A DNA stretch of 55,615 nucleotides, filler included, from Basidiobolus ranarum (Eukaryota), in NCBI GenBank assembly GCA_040143965.1. It is 4 parts of 4 records of this genome, joined end to end, with 100 filler letters (N's around TTAATTAATTAA, not from the genome) between each part and the next. Parts side by side here need not be neighbours in the genome. Positions count along the whole stretch, not along the records: positions 27,890 to 41,712 come from JASJQH010007333.1; positions 41,813 to 55,615 come from JASJQH010007334.1; 2 more parts are not named here. One strand, written 5' to 3'. This document shows, piece after piece, positions 37,309 to 51,052 of this stretch. Made by a program: the position numbers and the translations under genes. Under the pieces are notes generated by a model. It saw nothing but the letters and a program-made list of their open reading frames with translations. It was not told the origin of the DNA and made no database searches. Position 1 is the stretch's first letter. Every line of letters begins with the position of its first letter.

Positions 37309-39328
37309 ATGAGTAGCGCTCTTTATACCGTCTCGATTCCCATTAATATTGATGACGAACTTGACAAGATCTCGTCATTTTTCGAGAAGTTTTCCGTTGC
37401 CGGAAAGTCACACCAATCTTCTGTTGATGAAGATTCCATGGATATTGATACACCACAGACACAGACGCGCTATAAATATCTTGAAAAACTACAAGAAATA
37501 GCCAATTGTGCGATTGACTCGGTAACCATTGAATTAGATGACATCGCCAAATTTGAAGAAACTGAAAATGGTCTCGTCAAAAATATCATACAAAATGCTA
37601 AGAGATATCAAGACTTATTTTCAAGAGTAATTGATCGGTTAATACCTGCACCCACTGTGGATATCTCCATACAAGGTTAAGTCATCGATGTTATCATTAA
37701 TCAGCGCCGTCAACGTGACCAAGAACGAAGTGATGAGACTGGTCCAAAGTTTCCCGATATTCTTACCCGTAGATATTCAGTATATATCAAGCCTCTTTCG
37801 AGTGACAAGGCTGTATCTGCACGTGATATTCACGGCGACCGTGTTGGTCAATTAGTAACAGTTCGTGGTATTGTAACCAGGGTTTCGGATGTCAAGCCAC
37901 TTTTGTCGGTTTGTGCGTACAGTTGTGATTCTTGTGGATTTGAGGTGTTTCAAGAGATAAAGCAACGACAATTCATGCCTCTTACAGAATGTCCTTCCGA
38001 GGAATGCACCAAAAACAAAACTAAAGGACAATTGTTTATGCAAACTCGTGCCAGTAAATTTTTGAAATTTCAGGAAATCAAACTTCAAGAAATGACCGAC
38101 CAGGTACCAATGGGCCATATTCCTCGTACTATGACAATTCACATGTACGAAGATTTAACTACAAGCGTCAATCCTGGTGATGTGGTACATATCTCCGGCA
38201 TCTTTCTACCAACTCCATTTTCTGGATTTCGTGCCATTCGCGCTGGGTTGATCGCCGATACTTTCCTTGAAGGTCAGCACATTGAGCAACTCAAAAAACA
38301 ATATGAGCACATGGAGGTAACTGATGAGATCCGTAACGAGATTGTGGAGCTTAGTCAAGATCCTGATATCTATAGCAGACTAGCCAAGAGCATAGCCCCC
38401 GAAATTTACGGTCATGAAGATGTCAAAAAAGTTCTGTTACTTCTCTTGGTTGGAGGGGTCACCAAAAATACTGAAGATGGCATGAAGATCAGAGGGGATA
38501 TTAATATATGTTTGATGGGTGACCCTGGTGTTGCCAAATCCCAGATGCTCAAGTTTATCTCCAAGACCGCCCCAAGAGGCGTTTTTACCACTGGCCGTGG
38601 TTCATCTGGCGTAGGTTTGACCGCCGCTGTCATGAGAGATCCAGTCACCGACGAAATGGTGTTGGAAGGCGGTGCGCTAGTCTTAGCTGATAACGGTATT
38701 TGCTGTATTGATGAATTTGACAAGATGGACGAGCAAGATCGAACTGCCATTCACGAAGTAATGGAGCAGCAAACCATTAGTATCAGTAAAGCTGGTATCA
38801 ACACTACGTTGAATGCCCGTACTTCGATTCTTGCTGCAGCCAATCCCATTCATGGCCGCTACAATCCTAATCTACGGCAACTCTTATGTTCAAATTCGTC
38901 ATGAATACTTTTCTCACCTTAAAGGAGGCTCCCGAAATGGACAAAAAGGGCCCGCAGTTCACATTACCGCACGTACTCTACTCGGAATCATTCGATTAGC
39001 CCAAGCGTTGGCACGAATTCGTTTTGCCGAGCAAGTAAACACCCAAGATATTGACGAGGCTTTACGTCTCATGGATTCCGCTCATTCCAGTCTTGATTTA
39101 TCAAGTAAAAGCTCCCAAACTACCCCTCAAGACACCATCTTCACCGCTATACTTCAAATGTTCAATGAACTTCCCGGAGAAAAAGTACTCAAATATCGCT
39201 CTGTGGTTGACCGTTTGTCTAGAACAGGAAATAGTGAGAAGAAGATCATCGATGCTATCAAGAAGTATGAAAACCTAAGCATCTGGGTACTTAACCAAGC
39301 ACGCACGAAGTTGACTTTGATCAATTAA
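37309..39328 (+). pseudogene. MCM7: MCM7 copy, intronless, with an in-frame TAA (37678-37680) and a frameshifting internal deletion (~38873)
   Basis: [23 protein letters not shown] Zn finger, [25 protein letters not shown]. After [12 protein letters not shown] the sequence jumps, in another frame, to NSYVQIR...TARTLLGIIRLAQALARIRF; the SRFD arginine-finger segment is absent. Confidence 0.85.
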
Positions 39329-40019
39329 ATTCTTTGGAATCTGTTGTAAATCTTACAAGCATCGAGTTTGGATTTCCATAGTTTTCACCCTTTCTTCATA
39401 TATGTATATAGATTTTTTTCTTTTCATTTCAAAGAAGAGGAATTCTGCATGATAGTTTTGAATCGCATCGCTAATAAAGCTCTTAAATATATGTCAGATA
39501 AACGTGATCGGCAGTGTATAAGAAGCAACTTCTGGCAAGGGGTATACATGAAATGTGCATTTTAAATACTTGACTACACCGAAATATGGGCAACAATTCT
39601 TTCTCCTAGTGTTCGTAATCAAAGATAATTCACGCGTATGAAGGCGTATCTGCAAATATGGAATAAAAATTCATAATTATCACACAAGTACCATACAAAA
39701 CTCTGCTATATTTTCCGACTCCAATCTATTTGTTTCTTATGGAAACCTTCAAAGGGCTAGTTTTCCAAACAAAGCCACAAAATTGTGGAAACATACCACT
39801 GGTTGATGAATGAGCACAAGAGTTGGGTGTTTGAGGATTAGAACAGGGCTGTAGTTTACTGAAACCAATATCCATCTTTGAAGCAGGTATTTATAATACT
39901 AGGGCATTCAGTGATTCAGTAAGGAGCTTTCATATTCAAACAGTACAGGTATTTGATGAAATTATGACAGGCAGTAACAGTAATTTTGTGTTAGAATATA
40001 TGTCCTGCAAATACTGATA

Positions 40020-40288
40020 GTGTTGAAATTAGCATTGCCTAAACACCTATATAGTCATATATAGCTTAGTATTTAGTTTTCTTATATTTCACTAAGATAT
40101 TACCCATTATTTTCAATTGGAATTTACTTGGAATATTTTTACCAACTTAGAAGTTCTCAGAAATATAGATTTTTCAAACTAGTGCTAGTAGCCCCGAACT
40201 TTGCACACATGTTCCTGGGACCTTCCTTAACACATTTTACATGTTAGTTTGCTTACATCTTGACAGGCTCTCAAATACTTTAACATTT
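40020..40288 (+). repeat. Long repeat copy A (internally deleted terminal repeat)
   Basis: Reverse complement of 40288-40606 and direct copy of 41285-41622 (e.g. CATTGCCTAAACA.CTATATAGTCATAT, TTCCTGGGACCTTCCTTAACAC). It lacks ~70 bp between CTTGACA and GGCTCTCA. Confidence 0.9.
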
Positions 40289-41622
40289 GGGAGCCTGTTG
40301 GAAGTAGTTTGGAGACTTAGAGAAATTAGTGGTTTTCACTTGTTGATTTATTAAGTATTCAGATGACATTTATAGTTTTGTCAAGATGTAAACAAACCAA
40401 CATGTAGAATGTGTTAAGGAAGGTCCCAGGAACATGTGTACAAAGTTTGGGGCTTCTAGCATAAGTTTGAAAAAATCTATAAATCTGAGAACTTGTAAGT
40501 AAATTCCTCATGAGAATAATAGATAATATCTTAGTTCAATATAAGATAACTAAGTACTAAGCTAGATATGACTATATAGGTGTTTAGGCAATGCTAATTT
40601 CAACACCAATTACTTTTACAGATAGTACTTCTCCACATAATCTCAAGTTTTTACATGAGAAAGACTTGAAGCTGTAAAATAATGAAGAATCAACCAAAAA
40701 TCATAGATGACTACATGTTGCAATAAACACAGCCTAAACATCTATATGGTCAACAATTGCTTCACAAGGCATTTTCAAATCATTGATTGCTGAGAAACAG
40801 CATTTTCTTTATGTATCTAAAGCTAATTTGGTAGGAGCCTGTCTGATATTTATAGATTGTGTGAGATCTGGTTGGTAATGAATAAAAATGTGCATAATAT
40901 CACCTTGATAACTGCAATAGCTGTTCTTTGGGCTTTGCTTAGGTAAAGTGATAAAGTTCAAGCTAATACTTTGGATAAATGCAGAGATATTATCATCAGA
41001 AAAATGGATGCAAAAAAATTGAATCAGTTATGAGCGCTAGTGTATTTCTTGAAAATTTGGTCAAAATATTGTAATGCTGCAAGGCATGCCCAATTTCATA
41101 GTAAGAATATCATAGATAAGGAGAACTCTGATGGAATAGACTTTGTAATAAAGATTAACACTCTGATATAGAGGATCTCTAATCCAGTTATTGTTGAATC
41201 CAATGCAAAAACATATTGGAAAATATAACATTTTTCAGTTACGCTACAATTCAAAGAACATCCATCTACTATTGGTAGTAGTTGATGATGAAAATACCAT
41301 TGCCTAAACATCTATATAGTCATATACAGCTTAGTATTTAGTTCTCCCATATTGAACTAAGATAATACCCACTATTCTCAAGAGAAATTTATGCAGAATA
41401 TTGACACCAGCTTAGAAGTTCTCCAATATATAGATTTTCAAAGAAGCCCCAAACTTTGCACACATTTTCCTGGGACCTTCCTTAACACCTTCTACACATT
41501 AGTTTGTCTACATCTTGACAAAACTATAAATGTCAGCCTTCAACTCAATAAGTGAAAATCACCAATTTCTCTAGTACTCCAAACCACTCCCAACAGGCTC
41601 TCAGAACACTTCAACAGTTGAG
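40288..41622. mobile_element. Non-autonomous DNA element with ~320-bp imperfect terminal inverted repeats (40288-40606 and ~41285-41622), foldback/MULE-like
   Basis: Arms align by eye as reverse complements over their length. The AT-rich interior is non-coding and contains a short extra motif GCCTAAACATCTATATGGTCA at ~40732-40752. The superfamily was not determined. Confidence 0.65.
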
Positions 41623-41712
41623 TATATACTACTATATATGTATTATATAAGCTCTCTTCTGCTTTTTGTTGGATAATTAATCTTTATTCAACATCATAGT
41701 TAACTTTAGATA

Positions 41713-41812
41713 NNNNNNNNNNNNNNNNNNNNNNNNNNNNNNNNNNNNNNNNNNNNTTAATTAATTAANNNNNNNNNNNNNNNNNNNNNNNNNNNNNNNN
41801 NNNNNNNNNNNN
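41713..41812. other. Artificial contig linker
   Basis: 100-nt N spacer with TTAATTAATTAA. Confidence 0.98.
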
Positions 41813-42175
41813 ACCGGTGATAAGTAAAACATAACCCTTGAATTCGTCACCAAGAGAGGCACCAGGGACCTCAGAGGACATACGTTTGTCATAGAAAGCA
41901 CGACTATAATATAGATGGTGTTGATAAGTAATCGGAAGGATCTCACTAGGCACAAGTAAACGGTACTTACACCTTGCGCTCATCATCAATTTCGATGGTC
42001 TTTTGGCAGCCAGTGGCTGGGTTGGCGATGTTCAACTAACAAAGGAAAGGAGTTAATGGCTGAGTTTAGGGTTGCTTCATTAATTCCAAGATTGATTCAT
42101 GTGTCAAACTTAGGGGAAGGTAGGGAAAACGAAGCAAGTAAATGCACAGTTAGATGGATCGCTAATTACCTTCAT
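41813..42175 (-). CDS. RPS6: 40S ribosomal protein S6 (eS6), 5' part, 3' truncated by contig end
   Basis: MK|LNIANPATGCQKTIEIDDERKV|RAFYDKRMSSEVPGASLGDEFKGYVLLITG; two canonical introns. Confidence 0.95.
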
Positions 42176-42804
42176 TTTGGATGCAAAGAGTACCCGCTGA
42201 ACGTGCGTAAAAGAGAAGGTCCTAAATTCGAGTTTTCCCTTTTTTATGATGTGGTCTATTTTCACTAATTTAGGGATTATTTCCATGACCCTATTATTCG
42301 ATTTGATCGAAATCTGCTTTCATGAGGTTTTTTTTCTTGATTCTTTTGACAATGCGAGTTGATGAAATAGCCTTTCGTAATGTTGAAGGGTAGTTAAGGC
42401 TGTCTCTATTGGTTTTATTTATGCTATGAATTAACCCAGTCCAGCGTACCCAGTATTCTCAGCATTCCCAGCATACATCAATACACTTCGCAGATGTCTA
42501 ATATATGAAAATGTCACGTGCGTATATTGAAGTAACACATTCCCTCGCTACCATCAAGTTAATCCAGGTCACAATCAACGTCACTAAAATTAGCATTAGC
42601 TAAATCACACCAAGTTCGTTTGCCCCTGCCTTTATGTGTTTATTTTAACGATTCTTATTTAATATAGTGATAATTATAGTAACCACTGCGCCCCTTGTTA
42701 TATCAATCGTGCATTGATCCTATTCACTCTTTAGAAGAAACTCGCTTATTTTGGTGCAAGTATTTGCTCTATCTTGTTCTATATACTGAAGCCGCTTTGC
42801 TCCA

Positions 42805-45800
42805 ATGTCTTATGTTAGTCCAAAACCTAAAGTTAGAATAAGAGCACCACCACGTAAAGTATGAAAAATTCCAATATCCTAGCACTTTTTTCCAAATTTT
42901 GAAACAGTTATTATTAGTCTTAGTAATAGTCAAGTATAAGCTCACTTTCATCTTTTCAATAACGTAGAACTTTAAATTTCTACAGGGGTATTTTCCCAAG
43001 TTTTTATTTCGTTTACTCACCAATTTTCAAACTCCATTTCTATTTCTCTTTATACGAAACCAAACAACTGATCAGTCGATATTTTCTATTTTTTTTCTCA
43101 ACGAAAACTGAATATCCAACCAAATGATATTTATTTAGGCGGTCACGGAAAAGCATTTTGAAGAGAGTTGGGAAAAGATATCTCAGGCGATACGTCAAAT
43201 TTATTGTAAAAATGTGTCCACTTTAAGCTTTGAAGAACTTTATCGTACCGCTTATAATATGGTATTACATAAATGCGGAGAAAAGTTATACAACGGTGTA
43301 AAAGGTGTTATCACTGAGCATTTAGAGGGCGAAACTATGAACAAAATCATGCCCGCTTTTAATTCTTCTGGTAATAGTAATGGTGGAATTTCTACGAACG
43401 GTGTTAGTGGTATCACTTCTCTTAAGACTTTAAATGGGGTTTGGACGGAACACATCACATGTATGCGGATGATTAGAGATATTCTATTATATATGGTAAT
43501 TTCTTGTTCTTACATCTTGGTCCATTTCATGCTAACAGTTTTGTTTGTGTGTTATATTATTTAGGACCGTATCTATTCAGCCAAAACCCCGGATTGCCCA
43601 CCAGTCTATGATTTAGGATTGTTTCTTTTTAGAGATAGAGTCCTTCGCTCTTCTAAATTCTCCATTCAACCACAATTAGTTTCGGTACTGCTTCAACAAA
43701 TTCAACGAGAAAGAGAGGGAGAAATGATTGATAGAGGCGTTATAAAGACCACTATCGATATGTTACTCGACTTGGTAGACGATGTAAGCACCGTCTCTAC
43801 TGTGTATCAGGTGGATTTCGAAAGCAAGTTTCTTGATGCCAGTGCCCAATTCTACAGAGTTGAAGGTCAGACACTTATTGGTGCATGTGATGCATCTGAA
43901 TATCTAAAGAAGGTTTATAGTTTTACGGATTTCAATTGCGCTTCTGTTACCAATAACTCTAAACATGTTCAACCTGTAGTCCGAAAAACGACTTGTCGAA
44001 GAAGAACAACGCTCTCAACATTATTTATATTCTGGTACAGAGCCGAAAATCAGAGCTATAATTGAGAAGGAATTATTAGAACATCACCTAAAAACCATCA
44101 TTGAAGTAAGCGATTCTAATATCCTATCTTATCGAGAGTTAAATGGTTTTTAACCAAGTCAACATTCAAGATGGAAAATTCCGGTTTGGTTGCTATGTTG
44201 GCAAATGATAAGAATGATGGTAAATATATAGTCCTCTTGTGGTTGTTATGTTTGAAGATTCTCATCTTAAACACCTCTTGTAGATCTTTTCAGAATGTAT
44301 AAACTATTTACACGTGTTCAATCGGGCCACGATGAAATGAAAACCGCTATCAAAGAGTACATAAAGAAGTTAGGAAACACAATAAATTCGAACTGTGAAG
44401 GGACAGATACGGTCGGCTCTACTGGCAAAGGTCAAGGAGCTATCGCTACTACTAATATTGCACTCAGGTGGGTACAGGATGTTCTGGATCTAAAGGACAA
44501 ATTCGACCAAGTTCTCGAGCAGGCAACTGGGAAAGATAAGCAATTCCAGATTGCAATTAACAATGTAAGAAGGTTACAGATTGTGTGAGAGTGGATTGTT
44601 ATCTAATCCGCTTTTTTGTGTAGGCTTTTGAACACTTTATAAATCAGAATCACAAGAGTCCTGAGTATCTGTCTCTTTTCATCGATGAAAATCTCAAGAA
44701 AGGACTCAAAGGAGTAAGTATGAAGGGAAGCTATCATTGAATATAGTGGATTCTTAATTGTCCATCTTTAGAAATCCGAGGAAGAAGTTGATTCACTTCT
44801 CGATAAGACAATATCCATATTTCGTTTCATCCAGGAGAAAGATGTCTTCGAAAGATACTACAAACAACATCTGGCTAAGCGCTTATTGAACAACAGAAGT
44901 GTTTCTGATGACGCAGAGCGTGGAATGATATCCAAACTAAAGGTACGACCAAACTCAAGTCTAGTCGATTCCTAATGATGCTGAATGTTTTGCTTCCTGT
45001 GAATCTGTAGATCGAGTGTGGTTATCAGTTCACTACCAAACTTGAAGGAATGTTTAACGACATAAGATTGTCTTCGGATACGATGTCAGATTTCAAAGAA
45101 TTTATTAACAATCTGACGGAAAATGAGGTAATTTACGATTTATTCCCATTCAATTTATCAAGTACACTCTCTTATTGCTACGAAACATCATTTGTACTAG
45201 GGCATGTCTATCGAGCTTCACGCATCTGTCTTAACATCCACCTTCTGGCCTGTCAACACTTCCCTCACATCATGTATGCTTCCTCCTGAAGTCATGGCTG
45301 CTTGCCAAACCTTTGAAAACTTTTACCTAGGAAGGCACAGTGGGCGCCGTCTCACATGGCAAACAAGTCTTGTATGTCTACAAAGTCTATAATACCATTA
45401 ATGACGGATAACTTAGGATTCTGTTGATTTAGGGTTCTGCTGATGTTCGTGCTCACTTCAAAACAAAGAAGCACGAGCTAAATGTGTCCACCTATCAGAT
45501 GGTCATTCTGATGCTTTTTAATGATGTTGAAGAAGGAGAGTCCATATCATATCAAGTAGGGTAACTCAAATATCACTCTCCATGTTCGTGGCCATACTAA
45601 TGACGCTTGTCTCTAGCAAATTAAAAGTGACACTGAAATCCCTGAGAACGAGCTCAAACGCCATCTCCAGTCCTTGGCATGTGCTAAATATAAAATCCTA
45701 TTGAAAGAACCGAAATCAAGAGAAGTGCATGATACAGACCAATTCATGGTCAACTACAATTTCAGTGCGCCATTGGCCCGTATTAAGATCCAGACCATTG

Positions 45801-46131
45801 CTAGCAAAGTGGAGAATGACGGAGAGAGAAAAGAAACACGTGAACGTGTTGACGAAGATCGTAAACATCAAATTGAAGCAGCTGCGGTGCGTATTATGAA
45901 GGATCGTAAGACCATGGAGCACAACAACCTCATATCAGAAGTTACGCGTCAACTATCTTCTCGTTTCTTGCCCAATCCAATGGATATAAAGAAACGTATC
46001 GAAGCGTTGATCGACCGAGAGTACCTAGAAAGGTCTGAGGAGGATCGGTAAGCACACCATGTAAATTGAACTCTGGCAATAAGCAACTCACACTTTGCAT
46101 TCACAGGAAAATGTACAATTATTTAGCTTAA
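42805..46131 (+). CDS. CUL3: Cullin-3, intron-rich
   Basis: [18 protein letters not shown]|, [112 protein letters not shown]. Confidence 0.95.
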
Positions 46132-46956
46132 ATATGGATTGTTGCTATCTTTGGATGGCATCTACGTGATCATTAATAACGCAGTATTTTCTCTTCTATA
46201 TCTTCTTTCATGTTCTTTGTAATTCTTCGTTTCCGTCATGAATCTTGTAGCTCACGCCCATGCCCACACCCACGTCTACTAAGAAAGAACAATAAAGAGC
46301 AAACCACCCTTTAATCAGCTCAGAGACATTTGTACAAAAGAAATAACTCGTAGCACAAAGTAACATTACAGTACCACAGTCACAGCTTGGTAGCATATGT
46401 TTATGTATATAAGGCGCAATCATAGCAATCATACCACCAAATTATTGTTATTGGATCGACTTGTTTATGTACGTGTGATGATCATGAAGTAAAAATGCAT
46501 TGGTGTTACAGGGGATCCAGATATATACGGGACACTAGTTGCCATTTCCCCGAGTTGATTAATATACAGGCCATTTTTAAAGCATAATATGATTCGTAGG
46601 AAATATCCCTATTTCGGCTTATCTTGTTTGATTGGTACTGAATATACTAATTGTGCATGTGAGGATATATATCTAGTGTGCTAAAGTATGGAAGAATTAT
46701 TCCCTTCAGTAAACTCAAATCACGAGGTGGCCTACATTTACAAAACATTTGAATGACTTAGTTGACACTATTAAGGATGGAATTCGTATCTTATCATTTC
46801 GTATTTTTGAGTACATACAAATATTATCTAATTCTAATTTGGAATCATGGAGCGGATCAAGAATCAGTAGGATTTTCACCTAGTGTTAAATCAGTATTAT
46901 TTCAAACTGGAAAGTCAACCATCTTCATACAGGCCTTTCTGCTCAAAGACTACTTT

Positions 46957-49900
46957 ATGATGGGGAGTTCACAACCACCACCAGACTCACCATATAGTAA
47001 ATCGTCAGTATCACATGAAAAAATAAAACGTCCTCCTTCCCCTTTATTTCCCTATCCTTTATCGCCCACCGAATCTTCTCAAGAAAGTCAAAATACTGTA
47101 AACTTCTTCTCTCGTGATATTTCCGATTCTCCCAGAACAATTTATGATAGCCCTCCACTTCCACCACGGTCTAATTGGTTTACAGAAAGAGATAATGGTC
47201 ATAATCAACCCTATAGAGAACGTTGTTTATCTTTAAGTAGCAGTCCAAGATTGACTTCCATTTCACCTACCATTTATTCGACCCAATCATATGAAGTAAA
47301 CCAGAGAGCTATGAAAAGAGCCTCTACGCCAGTACGTAGTACAACCGTAATTAGTCATAGAAAACCGCTTCCACAACCACATCAGAGACCTACAAGCTTA
47401 CAATTTAACGATGATGACACTCCCCTAATAGCATATAAGACCCTCAAAGTAGAAAATAGTTCCTTTTCTGAATATCGAAAGACTCCAAACCATAACAAAC
47501 CACTTCCAAAAATCCCTCGTAAATCTTCACTTTCAATATCCCACACTTCCGGGGCAGACAAGCAATGTACTTCAGGTTCAACTTTACTAGAGCAGGTTCA
47601 AGACACTTCCACACCAAAAAGTAGTCCAACTCACTTCAGACACTCATATACTGAAGCATATACGCATACACTTTCTAAAGCAACTCCTTCCCCTGAGCCT
47701 TACTCGTTTAGTAAGAGGACAAGTAGAGCCGAGGTGAGAACATAATAATCTATAGCTTTAATTAACAGATGTTACGCTTCTTTTGTCAAGATAATTTATT
47801 AATCGATGAGGTCTCATTTTTCTATTAGCGAGAGCCAATATCTCAACTCGACAATAGTAATTCATTAATGGATACGGTCGCTTCTCCTTCTCCACAATTA
47901 GCGGAGGATGCAATGAGTACGCGACGACATAATTCGCTTTTCCGACATCCACGGCTAAGTGTTAAAACGGAATCCCTGCGTAAAATATCTTTACCAGAGC
48001 TAGGCCAGAAATTCCATGGGATTGATTTAGATCAGGAGAATACCGACAATAAACCCAAACCATTGTCCGAGTTGGATAAACTAAGAAATATAGCAGAACT
48101 AAAACCAGCTTTGGCCGAAATCAAAGCAATTCTCGAATCTACCGATTCTATACCCACTTCTTTGGGTAGTTCTCCATCGAAGATAAACCGAGAGACAGTA
48201 GATACCCGAGAAGTTAGAAAAGATTCGGATTCTGATACAAGTTCAAATGGATATATGGGTCCTTCTGTTGGTTTAGATGAGGCTTTGTTAGTTTCCGATT
48301 TATCCAGCGATGAACTTAGTTTATCGACATCATTCTGTGACAAAGAACTCAAAGAGTTGGATGGAATCTCTAGCCTTCACGCGGAAAGTACCATGTTCCA
48401 GCTTGAGGAGAATGAGAACGAGATTTCGACAGTCTCTGAAGATTCTACTATCTCAGAAGATTTGGAAATTGATTCAAGGGATTCCAGTCTCGACTTGACA
48501 GCCAAGGAATTCGATCCATCAAAAGAGCCCTCTAGAAAGAGTGCTGAAGTGTCAAGAGACAAGGTCTGTTGATTCTTATATACCACTAAGGTTTAGATTT
48601 TTTTACTTACCGACTTGTATGAAGCAGCTGAGATGCTGGATGAATACAGTGCCACCAGATATAACTGAGAATATGTCCGAGAAAGATATCAAGCGACAAG
48701 AAATCATATTCGAGACTATATACACCGAAGAGGAGTATCTGGCTGACTTGAAGCTAATTGAGAAGGTAGTTGATCGAAATCTTTCTCTGTATTTGTTAGA
48801 AGTGATTCGATGTTTTATTGATGCATTTTCCTACTAGGTATTCATAATTCCACTAAAGGAGCAGGAAATTATAGAAGAAAGTCGAGTTGATACGTTTGTA
48901 CAAGACATTTTCTCGAATGTAAAAGAGTTGGAACTGGTACACAGTAGAATTGTCGAAGCTCTAGTTGCTAGACAGAGTGCGAGTTCAATAGTCGAAGAGA
49001 TTGGAGATATCTATTTGTGCGAGATCAAGTCTTTAGAAGCGTATCTGGAATACGGTTCCAATCTAGCCGTAGCCCAGAGAGTACTAGATAAAGAACTAAA
49101 AACGAACCAAAACTTGGTTAAGTTTCTTCAGGTAAGTACTGTGTTGCTAATTCACCGCTAAAATTGATTTGAACTCACCACATCGTCTGTGCATTAGGAG
49201 CAGGAAAGAAACCCTGAGACAAGAAAGTTGGATTTGAAGAGCTTCATGAACAGGCCTACAACCCGCCTGGGGAGGTACAATCTATTATTCGAAAGTATTA
49301 TGAAATACACCCCTGAGGAGAATCCAGATAAAGAGATCCTTAGAAAAGCGCTGGATGGAATTAGAGAGATTCTAAAGAAAATTAATGAAGAAACTGGAAA
49401 AATGAACTCCATCATACGGATTCATGACCTGATGGATCAGATTGTTTTCAAGTCTGGTGAATTTCAGGTTAGCTTTGTTCGAGGTGCTTTGAGCATCTTT
49501 GCGGTGACTAACAGTCATTGTATGTCTATTGTTAACAGGATTTGCGATTAAACGACCCACAACGCAAGCTGATACGCGAAGGGCAGTTCAAGCGACCTTC
49601 AGGCAACTCTCTACGAGTCTTTCTCTTTGACCACGTTTTCTTGCTCACAAAAGAAAAAAAGGGCTCCAATGGCTCCATACTGTATCGTGTTTATGGGAGG
49701 GTAAGTTTATTTCTCTAAATCTTCGTCTAACTTGTTGCAATTATCTAACTCGGTCTTCTTTCTTTACCAAGCCAATTCCGTTGGAATTGTTTGCTTTTAA
49801 CGTGCCAGATTCTGTTTCACCTGAAGTAGCTGATTCAGCCAAATCTGGATTTCCGTTCTGTTTCACTCACATCAGTAAGCGTGGGTCCACGTACACGCTA

Positions 49901-51052
49901 CTTGCCACTTCTCCAGCAGAAAGAAAGCAATGGATCAGTAGAATACAAGACCAACGTGCACGCAGAATGATGGAGCGTCAGCATGTGTTTGATATTATTA
50001 CGATTTCGGATTCGACATTTAAACTCATGTGCAGGATCAATTGTTCCACCCACTACACAAATGCAAACCACTCACGTAAGATCGTGATTGGTGCGGATGA
50101 TGGTGTGTATGTTGGTATTGAAGGGAGCTCTGCTAGTTTCGAAAAGGTTCTTAGCTTGGAGAAGATTCGACATATTGAAATACTAGAGGAATTCCAAATG
50201 ATACTAGTTTTGCAGGATAAACTGCTGCTTAGCTATAGTATTGACTTGTTGGACAATCCTAAGAGATCCGTCAACCGCTACGGTCAAAAGCTAGCTTCAC
50301 ATGTCATATACTTCTGTGCGGGCACACTTAATGGTTGCAAGTATGTTGCGGTAATGAAGCTCAAGGGGTTGAAATCGTTTTGCAAAATTCTAGAGCCAGT
50401 GGAGGTTAGCAAAGTCCAAGGAAGGCCTAAACTACTATGTCAAAAAAATGGACATGCTCTGAAATTAGTGAATCAACTTTGTATCTCGTCAGATTCTAAT
50501 TCAGTACGCTTCCTAAAGAAAAAACTCTATCTTGTGTCCAGCAAGGGATTCGAGGTTCTTGATCTGGTGAAAGAGGCCCACAAGTCTATACCCGACCCAA
50601 AAAACGAGCGGCAATTTGCTTTCTTCTCGAAGTATGAACACTATAAACCCTTGGCTATGTATCGAATTGGATCACATGAACTGCTGCTTTGTTATGACGA
50701 ATTTGTATTTTATATTGACAATGCCGGGCAGCGTTCAAGGCCGGATTTCTTTATGGAATGGGAAGGGCAACCGACAAATCTTGCCTTCCACTACCCATAT
50801 TTAATTGGATTCAACCCTTCATTCATCGAGATTAGAAATGTAGAGACTGGAGCATTGGAGCAAGTAATAGAGACGTCGGGTCTGAGATGTCTAAATAATG
50901 GCCAGAACAAGACGGGTATTTACTGTGTTATGGAGCCATTTCAAAGTCACCATCAGTATATCTTCCAATTAAGAATGCCGGCTCGTTCACAACCGCCCAC
51001 AAATAACAGCGCTGAAGGGGCTTCTAATCTTCAACTTTCTGATGTAGTATAG
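46957..51052 (+). CDS. Rho guanine nucleotide exchange factor (Rom2/Rgf-like: low-complexity N-terminus, DH, PH, CNH)
   Basis: KRQEIIFETIYTEEEYLADL, RKLDLKSFMNRPTTRLGRYNLL, VFLFDHVFLLTK; CNH motifs GADDGVY, KGFEVLDL, LLCYDEF, WEGQP, HYPYLIGFNPSFIEIRNVETG. Confidence 0.9.

Noticed and set aside
37676-37704. Possible tiny intron (GTTAAG...TCAG) removing the MCM7 stop
   Set aside because: It is 29 nt, would shift the frame, and would delete the conserved VIDVIINQ residues.
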